Source: an uncultured Holophagales bacterium (lineage in GTDB: Bacteria > Acidobacteriota > Thermoanaerobaculia > Multivoradales > UBA5704). From it: a DNA stretch of 64,000 nucleotides. The DNA is taken from contig CAWJGT010000001.1 of assembly GCA_963842525.1 (NCBI GenBank), forward strand, positions 608,001 through 672,000, written 5' to 3'. This document shows, piece by piece, positions 34,031-43,768 of this stretch. The translations under genes were made by a program, and so were the position numbers. Numbering within the stretch: the first letter of the stretch is position 1; every line of letters begins with the position of its first letter. The notes below the pieces were generated by a model. The model had not been told where the DNA came from. It worked only from the letters and a program-made list of their open reading frames with translations, and made no database searches.

Positions 34031-34095
34031 AGCATGATGTTGGCATGCTCGCGGCATGCAGTCCAGGTACACCGACTCACGCGCGTCCCCCAGCT

Positions 34096-34855
34096 CTAGG
34101 ATTTTCCCCGAACAGATCGGCGAAGGCGTTCGATCTGCTCTCGCAGAGGCTTCCAGTACGCCGCGTCCAAGCGCCGCTCTTCGTCTTCCTCATTGCGCAT
34201 GGCTTGGCCGAGAGCGCCGCTCGCGAGATTCTCGGAGGTCGCCAGCGCGAGGAGGGGCCTTTCCCGAACGAGCCCCGCCACGGCATCGGCGTGAGCCTGA
34301 GCCGCCTCCACCAGAAGCTCTGGAGACCGGAGCTCCCGGAGCCAGAAGAGGATCCGTTCCGGTGTCGGCTCGGCCCGATGGCTCAGGTAATTGACGTCGA
34401 CCAGCCGGCGGATCATCGGCCAGTCTTTGTCTCGTTGGGTTTTCTTGGCGGCCACGAGGTCTGGCAGAGCCATGACTTCCAGCGTCTCGTCCTCGAAGGC
34501 GAAGGTGGTCCGCCGCGCCCAGAGCTCGGGGAACGGTGCGACGCCGCGCAGATGCGTCATGACATCTATTCGCAGTCCAGCGACCTCCGGCTGTTGACAG
34601 CGAAAATGGACGGCAAGGCCCTCCGTCAGGTGTTGCAGCGCAAAGGGTGGGACGGCGATGACCGCGGCGTCCAGCTCCGCGAGGGCGGTCTCGAGGCGGC
34701 CCAGATTGGTGGGGTCCGGCAGCAGGGCCAGGTCGAGATCGCGACTAAACTCCGCTGCGCCGTACAACACGCAGGCCTGGCCGCCCATCAACAGGTGGGC
34801 GACCTGATGTCTGCGGATCGTAGAAAGGGCTTTGCGGATCGGGCTCGGGATCAAG
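34096..34855 (-). CDS. Pol-beta-fold nucleotidyltransferase (AbiEii/DUF6036-like); start approximate
   Basis: LMGGQACVLYG...SRDLDL, RIDVM, LVAAKKTQRDKDW. Confidence 0.75.
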
Positions 34856-34975
34856 AGAGCCTCCCATCGCGACAAAATGGTGCCAGAGCCGGGCGCTCTC
34901 TTCCCAACGCTCCCAGGGTGTCATCCGGTACCAGGCAGCCCACTCCGGCTCGCAAATGTCGTCGATCTCGACCAT
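34745..34975 (-). CDS. Small partner protein upstream of the nucleotidyltransferase
   Basis: MVEIDDICEPEWAAWYRMTPWERWEES...; overlaps the NTase start. Confidence 0.6.
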   Translation of the reverse strand: MVEIDDICEPEWAAWYRMTPWERWEESARLWHHFVAMGGSLDPEPDPQSPFYDPQTSGRPPVDGRPGLRVVRRSGV

Positions 34976-35037
34976 CGGCGGGATGGTAGCACGGCCCCGC
35001 GGGATAGAAGTGCCACCCACCTCGTCACAAGACCTCC

Positions 35038-36549
35038 TCACTCCCGCACTGTGTACTCCATGTAGAGCTCGGTCTCGTGGAAGTCCTGCTGGAAGCGCTT
35101 CCAGGCGGCGGCGGTCATGCCGTCCGGACGCTCCTCGCGGGGGAAGGGGTCGTCGATGCGGAAGACACGGCCGGCGCACTTCTCCTTGAGGCGGTTGACG
35201 AGGGGGTCGAAGGGCATCTTGTTCCAGCGCTTCTTGACCGCCATGTCGTGGTCGACCGGAACAAGAGCGACAAGATCGGGATGGGTCATCAGCTCGAGGC
35301 CCCGCGGCTCGTCTCCCAGGCCGCGGACGGTGGCGTTGTGGCTGCCGTGGTGGCCGACCTTGTAGAGGACGGTCCGCTCCAGCAGGTCCGCGGTCTTGAC
35401 CTCCCGGGTCTGGCGGCCCTCCTTGACGGTCCAGGTGAGGTTGTCCCAGGAGAGCCAGTTGCCGACCTGGGCGTCGGCCACGAAGAGCAGCACCTTGCCC
35501 GTCCCGGTGATCTCGATGGCCATTGCCAGGCTGGTGTTGTTGGTGTAGCTGTCGAGCTGGAGCGCGATCTCTCCCGCGGTGCCCAGCCAGTCGTCGTCGA
35601 TGCGCCGCCACCTGGAAGGATGCTTCTCCTCGAAGCCGTAATGGTCCTGGAAGAACGGCATGTCCTTGGCGTCCTTGGCGGGGACCCGCAGCCGCTCGTC
35701 GAACGGGAAGCTCAGGTTCCACAGCTCCCGGTCGACGTTCGACATGGAGGTCTCGTCCTGCACAGCCATGAGGAAGGCGGTGCGGGCGGTCACCGCAACA
35801 CCTTCGGAGTAGACCTCCTTGCCCTTGACCGTCGGATTGATGCGCCGCAGGGTCCGTTCGTCGTGCGGTGGGCCGAGGATGTAGAGACGCACGCCAGGGA
35901 CCGAGCGGATCCCCTTGGCCTTGGGCAAGGGGAGCGGACCCTCTCCGGGCCGCCGGTACTCCGGCTCGGTGCCGGCAGCCTTGGCCATCTCCCGCAACGC
36001 CAGGAGCGCATCGCCGGTGCTCAGCCGGCCCGCGGCTCCAAGAGCACCGCCAAGGTCGCCTCCCCCGGCGGCGGCCAGCGCCGTCGGCGAGTCGCCGAAG
36101 AAGCCCAGGACGTTGTCGATGTGGGTCATGGCCTGGGTGTCGACCGCACGCGCGAGGGCGAGCCGCAGCCCGTCCACGTCCTTGCGGAACTGGTCGCGCA
36201 GCCGGTTGGCGAGCTCGTCCTTGGGGTCTTCGGTCCAGGCGAACCAGAGGTTGTGGATGCGGAGCTTTTCGAACACCGTCCGCGCCTGGAGGAAGCCGGA
36301 GACATGATCCCAATGCTCGTGGGTGACCGCCAGGAGGTGGACGTCGCCGCCGGTCGCCTCGCGGATATCCTCGGCGACCTCGGTCATGATCGTCCCCGGG
36401 TCCGGGGTGCCGAGGATCACGCCGCAGTCGATCAGCATATAGAAAGGTTTTCCGGTGGTCCCTGCGAAGGCCAGCAGGAAACAGTCCCCCAGGCCCTGCC
36501 GGTACATGCGGACGGTGACGCCGGATTCGGGAGCTTCCATGCGCGCCAT
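35038..36549 (-). CDS. MBL-fold metallo-hydrolase (ComEC/Rec2-like subgroup)
   Basis: GLGDCFLL, IDCG, THEHWDHVSG, NNTSL, ADAQ, KVGHHGSHNAT; intact frame. Confidence 0.9.
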   Translation of the reverse strand: MARMEAPESGVTVRMYRQGLGDCFLLAFAGTTGKPFYMLIDCGVILGTPDPGTIMTEVAEDIREATGGDVHLLAVTHEHWDHVSGFLQARTVFEKLRIHNLWFAWTEDPKDELANRLRDQFRKDVDGLRLALARAVDTQAMTHIDNVLGFFGDSPTALAAAGGGDLGGALGAAGRLSTGDALLALREMAKAAGTEPEYRRPGEGPLPLPKAKGIRSVPGVRLYILGPPHDERTLRRINPTVKGKEVYSEGVAVTARTAFLMAVQDETSMSNVDRELWNLSFPFDERLRVPAKDAKDMPFFQDHYGFEEKHPSRWRRIDDDWLGTAGEIALQLDSYTNNTSLAMAIEITGTGKVLLFVADAQVGNWLSWDNLTWTVKEGRQTREVKTADLLERTVLYKVGHHGSHNATVRGLGDEPRGLELMTHPDLVALVPVDHDMAVKKRWNKMPFDPLVNRLKEKCAGRVFRIDDPFPREERPDGMTAAAWKRFQQDFHETELYMEYTVRE

Positions 36550-36558
36550 GGCTTCCTC

Positions 36559-38545
36559 CTATTCCACCGAGCGGTGCAGGAACGCGAACGGTTCCTTGAG
36601 CCCGCTCTGGCTCAGGCTGCCGAAATAGAGGGCGCGCAGCGACGTGTCACCTTCTCCCGTGAGGAAGGCCCGCTGCCGCTCCATCCGGCGCTCGTTGTTG
36701 ATGTCCTTGTAGATGTAGTAGCGCACCTCGAAGGACTCGGCGTCGACGATCACGGTGGCGCCGCCGCGGAACTTGAAATCGGGCGGCGGCGGAGACGCCT
36801 CCTCGCCGCGGTCGACCCGCGCCTGGAGGTTGCGGTCGAAATAACCGGGCCGCCACTGCGTCACCTCGATCACCAGGTCCACCAGCAGGTCGCCGTCGGG
36901 GCCGACCCGGCGGCAGGGGCGCAGCGAATGGATCTCGAACGTGCTGCCGTCCCCGCCGCGCATCCCCTTGAGGACCTGCGGTTTTTTGATCAGCTCGCTG
37001 CCGGGTTTGTCGAGCTGCTCCATGACTTTCCCATGGAGCAGGGCCCGCAGCTCGCCCAGCCGGTTGTAGGTCTGCTCGCGGTGGCTGTGGAGGTCCCAGC
37101 GGCGGGCGTCCTCGGGCAGCTCCTTGAGGAAGTCCAGGAAGACCGGCGTGAAGTCCTCCGACGACGGCGCCGACCAGAGCAGGCTGTCCACCGACAGGCT
37201 GCGCACGTCCCGCGGGTAGATGCCGTGGCGGCGGAAGGCTTCGACGACCGCGATGCGGTAGCCCCGGTCGTCGTCGCGCACCAGGTCGTGGTCGGCAGTG
37301 ATCAGGCCGCGCAGGTAGTCGCCGAAGGTCAGGTCGACCGGCGGGCAGTAGTCGAGGGCGCGGAGGCACATCATGAGGATGTGCTGCGCGGACTTGGCCG
37401 CCTCGGCTGCGAGACGGTCGACCAGGTCCGGATGGAGGTGCCCCTCGGGGAGGACGCCGGTGCCGCCGGTCGCGATGCGCAGCAGGTCGGCCGTGCGCGT
37501 CCGGTAGATGGAGATGAAGGCGTCGAACACCGCCGAGACCAGGAGCGCGCCGCGGGCGTGCGGCTCGGCCTCGGCGAGCCGGGCCGGGTCGGGCTGCGCG
37601 CAGCTCCCAGCGGCCGGTTTTGTCGTTGAAGCCGCCCAGGGCGTCGCGCAGCGCGCCGCGGGCGCCCATGGCCTGGCCGAACTCCTGGGCGAGCTGGCCG
37701 AGGAGGTTCTCGGTCCCCAGGTCCCCACGCGTCTTGGCGATCTGGTTGCACAGCACCTCGGGGAAGGAGAAGTGCTGGAAGAGCGCCACGATGTCGGCGA
37801 ACGCCTCGTGGAAGGCGAGCACGTCCGAGTTGCTCGGCTCGTTGAACCGCCGGTGCAGGCCGTCGAGCAGGGCGTGGGTGGTCTCGTGGGCGATGATGTC
37901 GTGCGACAGGCAGGTGAAGACCATGCCGCCGGGGAGATGGTCGCGCACGTCGGAGGTGCCGGCCGGGAAGTAGCCGAAGAGCAGCGCCTTCTTCTGCGGG
38001 CTGTAGTAGGCGTTCGCCTCGCGCAGCGCGTGCGGGTAGATCCGCAGGCGCGGCACGTACTCCTCCTGGTATTGGTCGTTCTCCTCGTAGAGCCGTGGCG
38101 CCCAGAAGACGGTGCGGCCCAGGGCCTTCTCGAAGTTGCGGATGGTCATCATGGCCACGGCGTAGACCATCTGCTGGTGGAACTGCGGGTTGCCTTCCGA
38201 GCAGGCGAGGCCGTCCTGGGCCAGCAGGTACGGGTCGTTGAGATTGACGGGCTCGTAGAAGCAGCCGCTCGCCGGATCGATGTCGACGACCTCCACGTAT
38301 TCGCCGACCGGTCCGGGCCGCGGCAGATCCTTGCCCGTCGCGGGGTCGACCTCCCAGGGGACCTTCACGGTGATCTCGTTGATCCCGTAGTACTCCAGCT
38401 TCCCCGAAAGGCTGGGGTCGAAGGCGTAGACCCGCAGCCGGCGGAAGGGCGGGCGCCGGACCGGGATCGAACGGGAGCGGGGGGGCGCCGGCGCGGTCTC
38501 CGGAGCCGGGGATGGTGGCGTCGCTGTCTCGGACATATCGGGCAT
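36559..38545 (-). CDS. Cytoplasmic M4/gluzincin-like metallopeptidase, frameshift near 37600
   Basis: NAYYS, IIAHETTHA (HExxH), AFHEAFAD third ligand, EPHARG; no signal peptide. Confidence 0.85.
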
Positions 38546-38625
38546 GAGGTCGGCTCCTCCCACTGCGCCTCGCTTCTTCACATCTGTGTCCCGTGCCTTT
38601 CTATTATCCTATCTTCTGGTGCCAT

Positions 38626-39531
38626 ATGACATCAGATGAGTTGAAGCCCATCGAGCCCATCTTCGTCGCCGATCTCTTCCCCGGTCTGCACTGCGAGCTC
38701 CTGGAGCTGCTGCGGGGCCTGCAGGACGACGACTGGGCTCGCCCCACCGCGGCGCGCAGGTGGTGCGTCAAGGACGTGGCCGCCCATCTCCTGGACGTCC
38801 AGATCCGCAGGCTTTCCGGGCTCCGGGACCATCACGCACCGGCTCCGCCCGGCCCCATCGAGAGCTACGGGGACCTGGTCCGCTTCCTCGATAGCCTCAA
38901 TGGCCAATGGGTCGAGGCAGCGCGGCGCATCAGCCCGCGGCTCTTGATCGATCTCCTGGCGCTGGTCGGCCCGCAGCTCGCGGCCGTCCTGGCCTCGGTC
39001 GACCCATTCGCGCCGGCCCTCCCCGTGGCCTGGGCTGGCGAAGAGGCCTCGCCGGCCTGGTTCGACGTCGCGCGCGAATACACCGAGCACTGGCACCACC
39101 AGGCCCAGATCCGCGACGCCGTGGGCGCGCCGGGCCTCGTCTCCCGCGCGTGGCTCCACCCGATGCTCGACGTCTCCATGAGAGCCCTGCCGCACGCCTA
39201 CCGCGACACGGCCGCCGAGGAGGGAGCCGCCGTGGTCTTCGAAGTGACCGGCGAGGCGGGCGACACGTGGTCCCTGCTGCGCGAGCCGCAAGGATGGACG
39301 CTCTTCCGCGGGGAGGCTGAGGAAGCCCTCTGCCGCATCATCTTGAGCGACGACACCGCCTGGCGGCTGCTCTACAACAGCCTTGCGCCCGAGGAGGCGG
39401 AGGCGCGGGTCGAGGTGACCGGCGAGCGCGCGCTGGCGGAGCCGTTGCTGCGGACCCGCTCGGTGATGGTGGCGGTACCGGTTTGGGGGGCAGAGAGGCG
39501 ACCAGCGCTCCCTAAACGGGCCGAGCGCTGA
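38626..39531 (+). CDS. Maleylpyruvate isomerase / DinB-superfamily (MDMPI-like) protein
   Basis: WARPT...WCVKDVAAHL, EHWHHQAQIRDAVG, SCP2-like C-terminus. Confidence 0.85.
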   Translation: MTSDELKPIEPIFVADLFPGLHCELLELLRGLQDDDWARPTAARRWCVKDVAAHLLDVQIRRLSGLRDHHAPAPPGPIESYGDLVRFLDSLNGQWVEAARRISPRLLIDLLALVGPQLAAVLASVDPFAPALPVAWAGEEASPAWFDVAREYTEHWHHQAQIRDAVGAPGLVSRAWLHPMLDVSMRALPHAYRDTAAEEGAAVVFEVTGEAGDTWSLLREPQGWTLFRGEAEEALCRIILSDDTAWRLLYNSLAPEEAEARVEVTGERALAEPLLRTRSVMVAVPVWGAERRPALPKRAER

Positions 39532-39557
39532 CACGCCAATGTGACGCGACGGCGACG

Positions 39558-39881
39558 TCAGTGACTGACGGCGGCGGGCGCGGCCTGGAGGCTTCTGATG
39601 CGCCTCAGGTCGGCGGCCTCGGCGATGCCAGCGTGATACAGATCCCAGCGAAGCTGCAGGTTCAGCCAGAACGCCGCGGAGGTGCCGAAGAACTTGGCGA
39701 GGCGGAGCGCCGTGCTCGGGGTCACTCCCCGCTTCCGGTTCACCAACTCGTTGACACGCTGGTAGGGGACGTGGATGGCTTCGGCCAGATCCCTCTGGGA
39801 CAGGGACATCGGCTTGAGAAACTCCTCGAGGAGCATCTCTCCGGGATGGGTAGGCTCGCGGTGGGTGGGAACTCGTACCAT
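39558..39881 (-). CDS. higA: HigA family antitoxin
   Basis: PTHPGEMLLEEFL, HTH, FWLNLQ. Confidence 0.92.
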   Translation of the reverse strand: MVRVPTHREPTHPGEMLLEEFLKPMSLSQRDLAEAIHVPYQRVNELVNRKRGVTPSTALRLAKFFGTSAAFWLNLQLRWDLYHAGIAEAADLRRIRSLQAAPAAVSH

Positions 39882-39899
39882 AGATGCCTCTTTTGCTGC

Positions 39900-40010
39900 C
39901 TAGGTTAGCTCGTCAATGTAGAGGCTCTGCGGGCAACTGCGGCGGGCCTCCTTGGTGTTTCTGCCATAGAAAATGTCCTCTGCGCCCTGCTCCTTGAACG
40001 AGCGGATCAT
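39900..40010 (-). pseudogene. higB: HigB toxin, truncated to 36 codons
   Basis: MIRSFKEQGAEDIFYG...CPQSL followed by an early stop, directly upstream of higA. Confidence 0.75.
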
Positions 40011-40059
40011 GGTGACATGGTAGCACGGATGGCATGCTATAGGGAGAGCGGAGGGAACC

Positions 40060-40129
40060 AGCGCCGGGTGAACCCGGCAAGCCCCATTCATGGGGCGCTG
40101 TTCCTAGCCCGGGCATTCATGCCCGGGCG
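40060..40129. repeat. Family B cluster
   Basis: GCCGGGTGAACCCGGC, GCCCCATTCATGGGGC, GCCCGGGCATTCATGCCCGGGC. Confidence 0.85.
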
Positions 40130-40130
40130 A

Positions 40131-40824
40131 CTACGGCCCCCCGACCATCCGCCAGAGCTGATAGCCGATCCACATCAGCCCTGCGTCGGCGAGGCCGTGG
40201 CTGAGCCAGGGGCCGTAGAGCGAGCCGCTCCGGTGATAGGTCCAGGCCCAGATGAGGCCGGCACAGGTGACGGTCAGGGAGAGGAGCCAGGTCGCGAGGC
40301 CGTAGCCGCCGAGGAACTGGCCGACCAGGATGACGTGATGCGCGGTGAAGGCCAGGCTGGAAAGGATTGCCGCGCCGGCGACAGGGAGGTGGTGGCGGAG
40401 GCGGCCGAAGACGAACCAGCGCCAGTAGTACTCCTCCAGGAGTGAGTGGAGAAGCGCGTAGAAGATTGCGAGCAGGAAGTATTCGCCTGCCGTATCGATC
40501 CCGAAGGAGGCGATCTTCCGTGCCACCGCCGCCGGTGCCCGGTTCGAACGCCGGGCTGCTCGCGAGGAGCGGCCTCCAGGCGGCAAGCAGGAAGGCCAGC
40601 ACGGCCAATCCCGAGAGCAGGCCGATCCACAGCCCCGGCAGGGCCGGCTTTTTCAGAAACCGCAGCGGCCGGCGCTCGATCCCGAGGATCCAGAGGAGTG
40701 GAAAGGCGAACTGGACGAGCTTGCAGGCCGCGAAGAGCGGCGTCGTCCATGGCGTGCCGGACAACGCCACGAAATAGAGCCAGGTTGCCAGCGTGGGGAA
40801 CAGGCACGCGAAGGCGAGCGCCAT
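40131..40824 (-). CDS. CPBP (CAAX/Abi) intramembrane protease, frameshifted
   Basis: LEEYYWR, FTAHH, SHGLAD motifs. Confidence 0.85.
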
Positions 40825-40912
40825 GCCTTCTCCCCCTCTCCCGGGGGCAGGTGGGGCGATGGGAGAGGGGGCCGAAGGGTGAGGGTTCGCGAGCGGCTCC
40901 AGCGGATTTCCC

Positions 40913-42079
40913 TCAGGAGAGGAACATGGGCAAACCCATCACGCCCACGATCTTGGGACGGTATTCGTCCCGGTCGTAGAACTTCTCGACGTCGACCTGC
41001 TTCTTCCCTTCGCCGGTGACCTCGATGGGCTGTGTGCTGTAGCGGCCCGCATTGATGGACACCAGCCTTCCGGTCTTGCCCGCCAGGATCAGGTCGGCTG
41101 CGAGAGTGGCGAAGTTGTTGGCCACCAGCCGGTCGAGGGAGTCCGGCGGCCCCGAACGCATCAGGTATCCGAGGCGCTGGTAGATGACGCGGTCCCCGGT
41201 CGTCCCCTGCAGGGCCTCGCGCAGGTGGCGGCCGACGCCGCCGAGCTCGCGGTGGCCCACGGCGTCGGCCTCGCCCGCCTCGAACGGCTGCATGCCGATA
41301 GGGTGGGCCCCTTCCGAGATGGCGGCGACGGCGTAGTTGCTGGGGTTCGAACGCTTGTCCTCGGACAACATCCGGGCCACCGCCTCGGTGTCGAAGGGGA
41401 CCTCGGCGATCAGCGCCCGGTCGACGCCCGCCAGGTAGGAGGCGAGCAGGCAGGTCTCGCCCGAGTAGCGGCCGAAGAGCTCGACGACCAGGTAGCGCTC
41501 GTGCGAGCCGGCTGCGGTACGCAGGTCGTTGATGAAGTTCACGGCGCGGGTGACAGCGGTCGAGAAGCCGATGCAGTAGTCGGTGCCGAAGACGTCGTTG
41601 TCCATGGTCTTCGGCAGGCCGATGATCTTGACACCTTCTGTATGAAGACGCCGCGCGAAGGAGAGCGTGCCGTCGCCGCCGATGGCGACCAGGGCGTCCA
41701 GGCGCAGGTGCTCGAGGGTCTCCAGAGCGGCGGCGGTGAGGTCGATCAGGCCGTTCGGACCCGGCGGCGGGGCCTTGCTCCGCAGGTGCGCGGGGACCGC
41801 TTCCGGCCGAGTGAGGGCCGGATTGATCCGCGAGGTGTGGAGGATGGTCCCGCCGCTGCGGTCGATGGTGCGCGTGTTGCCCCGTGTCAACGGCAGGGTC
41901 CACTCGTCGTTGCCCGGAGCGTCGCGGAACGGGACCATGTGGAGCAGGGCCGCCCAGCCGCGGCGCAGCCCCACCACCTCGTAACCGGCATCGCGCATCC
42001 GCCAGACGAACGTCTTGATCGCCGCGTTGAGGCCGGGGACGTCGCCGCCTCCGGTCAGGATGCCGACGCGGCGGGTCAT
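40913..42079 (-). CDS. pfkA: 6-phosphofructokinase (group III; GGDG suggests ATP use)
   Basis: GGGDVPGLN, GGTILHTSR, GGDGT, PKTMDND, LGYLMRSG. Confidence 0.92.
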   Translation of the reverse strand: MTRRVGILTGGGDVPGLNAAIKTFVWRMRDAGYEVVGLRRGWAALLHMVPFRDAPGNDEWTLPLTRGNTRTIDRSGGTILHTSRINPALTRPEAVPAHLRSKAPPPGPNGLIDLTAAALETLEHLRLDALVAIGGDGTLSFARRLHTEGVKIIGLPKTMDNDVFGTDYCIGFSTAVTRAVNFINDLRTAAGSHERYLVVELFGRYSGETCLLASYLAGVDRALIAEVPFDTEAVARMLSEDKRSNPSNYAVAAISEGAHPIGMQPFEAGEADAVGHRELGGVGRHLREALQGTTGDRVIYQRLGYLMRSGPPDSLDRLVANNFATLAADLILAGKTGRLVSINAGRYSTQPIEVTGEGKKQVDVEKFYDRDEYRPKIVGVMGLPMFLS

Positions 42080-42157
42080 GGACGACCCTCCGGCAGTAAC
42101 GCTACCTTTGTAGCGATACAATGGCGCGGGGCCGGAGCATGCCCGGAGGTGAGCCCA

Positions 42158-42390
42158 ATGGAAGAACAACGGCTTTTGGAGCGAATCACAGTAAATCCCG
42201 CGATCTTCGGCGGCAAGCCCATCCTCCGTGGCCGGCGCCTCGCGGTCGAGCACGTCCTCGGGATGCTGGCCGCCGGGGACTCGCCAGAGATCATCCTGGA
42301 GGGATATTCCTGGCTTGAGCCGGAGGACATCCAGGCCTGCCTCGTATACGCTGACGAGCGCATCGAGCCTCTTGCCGCGGCGTGGGCGGG
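42158..42390 (+). CDS. DUF433 antitoxin (3' end disrupted)
   Basis: RITVNPAIFGGKPILRGRRLAV...EDIQACLVYA. Confidence 0.85.
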
Positions 42391-42399
42391 TGCGTTCGG

Positions 42400-42753
42400 C
42401 CTCGGCGGCGGCATAGTCCGCGCGGAGCGGATCCGGGAGATGAGGAGATCCTGGAGCGGGAGTACAGCGAAGCCAGGGTCCTCGTGACCCTGGACAAAGA
42501 CTTCGGAGAGCTGGCGATCGCTCAGGGAAAACCTCACTGCGGAATTCTCCGCCTCGTCAACCTCTCGGCTCTACGGCAGGCTCCAATCTGCATTCACGTG
42601 CTCACGATCCACGGCGAAAATCTGGCGGCTGGCGCCCTCATCACTGCGGAGCCCGGCCGCCTGCGAATCCGGCTTCCCCGGTGGAAGTGTTCTTCTTCCT
42701 CCCCCTCTCCCGGTGGGCCGGGAGTGCGGATGGGAGAGGGGGCCGGGGGGTGA
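42400..42753 (+). pseudogene. DUF5615 PIN-like toxin lacking its N-terminus; 3' end runs into a family A repeat
   Basis: DEEIL, RVLVTLDKDFGEL, GILRL. Confidence 0.75.
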
Positions 42754-42757
42754 GGGC

Positions 42758-43768
42758 TCACATCCCTCCCACCGCGGCCATGCGATCGATCAGATCGACC
42801 ACCCGGTTCGAATAGCCCCATTCGTTGTCGTACCAGGCGATGACCTTGGCATAGCCGTCGCCTGCGGCGCTGGTCGAGAGGGCGTCGAAGACTGACGAAT
42901 GCGGGTTGCCGATGATGTCGGTCGACACGTACGGGACCTCGCTGTACTCGATGATCCTGGCGAGCGGCCCCTCGGCGGCTTCACGGATGGCGGCATTGAT
43001 CGCCGCGGCGTCGGGTTTCTCGCGCAGCCGGCAGACCAGGTCGACGATCGAGCCGTCGGGCACGGGCACGCGCATCGCCATGCCGTCGAGCTTTCCTTTC
43101 AGCTCCGGCAGGACCTTGCCCACGGCGCGGGCCGCGCCCGTGGTCGTCGGGATGATGTTTTCGGCCGCCGCCCGGCTGCGCCGCAGGTCCTTGTGCGGCA
43201 CGTCGGCCAGCCGCTGGTCGTTGGTGTAGGCGTGGACGGTGGTGACGAAGCCCTCCTCGATGCCGAACTTCTCGTGCAGGACCTTGGCGATCGGCGCCAG
43301 GCAGTTGGTCGTGCAGGAGGCGTTCGAGACCAGCTTGTGCTCGGGCTTGAGCTCGTCGTCGTTGACCCCCATCACGATCATGGCGTCGATCTCGTCCTTG
43401 GGCGGCACGGTCAGGATCACTTTCTTGGCGCCGCCCTCCAGGTGCTTGGCGATCGCCTCGCGCTTGGTATGGACGCCGGTCGATTCGATCACGATGTCGG
43501 CCCCGAGCTGGCCCCAGGGGATCTTCGCCGGGTCCTTCTCGGCCGTCATGGCGATCTTCTTGCCGCCGACGTACATGAAGTCGTCGTCGCTCGTCACTTC
43601 CTTTTCGAAGACCCCCATCACGGTGTCGTACTTGAGGAGATAGACGAGCTGCTCGTTCTCGTAGAGGTCGTTGATGCACACGACCTCGATGTCGTCGCGC
43701 TCGGACAGGATGCGGTAGACGCTCCGCCCGATCCGTCCGAACCCGTTGATGCCGACCCGGATCGCCAT
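42758..43768 (-). CDS. gap: Glyceraldehyde-3-phosphate dehydrogenase
   Basis: INGFGRIGR, SNASCTTNC, WYDNEWGYS. Confidence 0.97.
   Translation of the reverse strand: MAIRVGINGFGRIGRSVYRILSERDDIEVVCINDLYENEQLVYLLKYDTVMGVFEKEVTSDDDFMYVGGKKIAMTAEKDPAKIPWGQLGADIVIESTGVHTKREAIAKHLEGGAKKVILTVPPKDEIDAMIVMGVNDDELKPEHKLVSNASCTTNCLAPIAKVLHEKFGIEEGFVTTVHAYTNDQRLADVPHKDLRRSRAAAENIIPTTTGAARAVGKVLPELKGKLDGMAMRVPVPDGSIVDLVCRLREKPDAAAINAAIREAAEGPLARIIEYSEVPYVSTDIIGNPHSSVFDALSTSAAGDGYAKVIAWYDNEWGYSNRVVDLIDRMAAVGGM

Noticed and set aside
35077-37629. Long opposite-strand ORFs (850 aa here; also 128-1477, 41225-42487 apart from its DUF433 end, and 46632-48701)
   Set aside because: Antisense shadows of real genes in GC-rich DNA, with no recognisable motifs.
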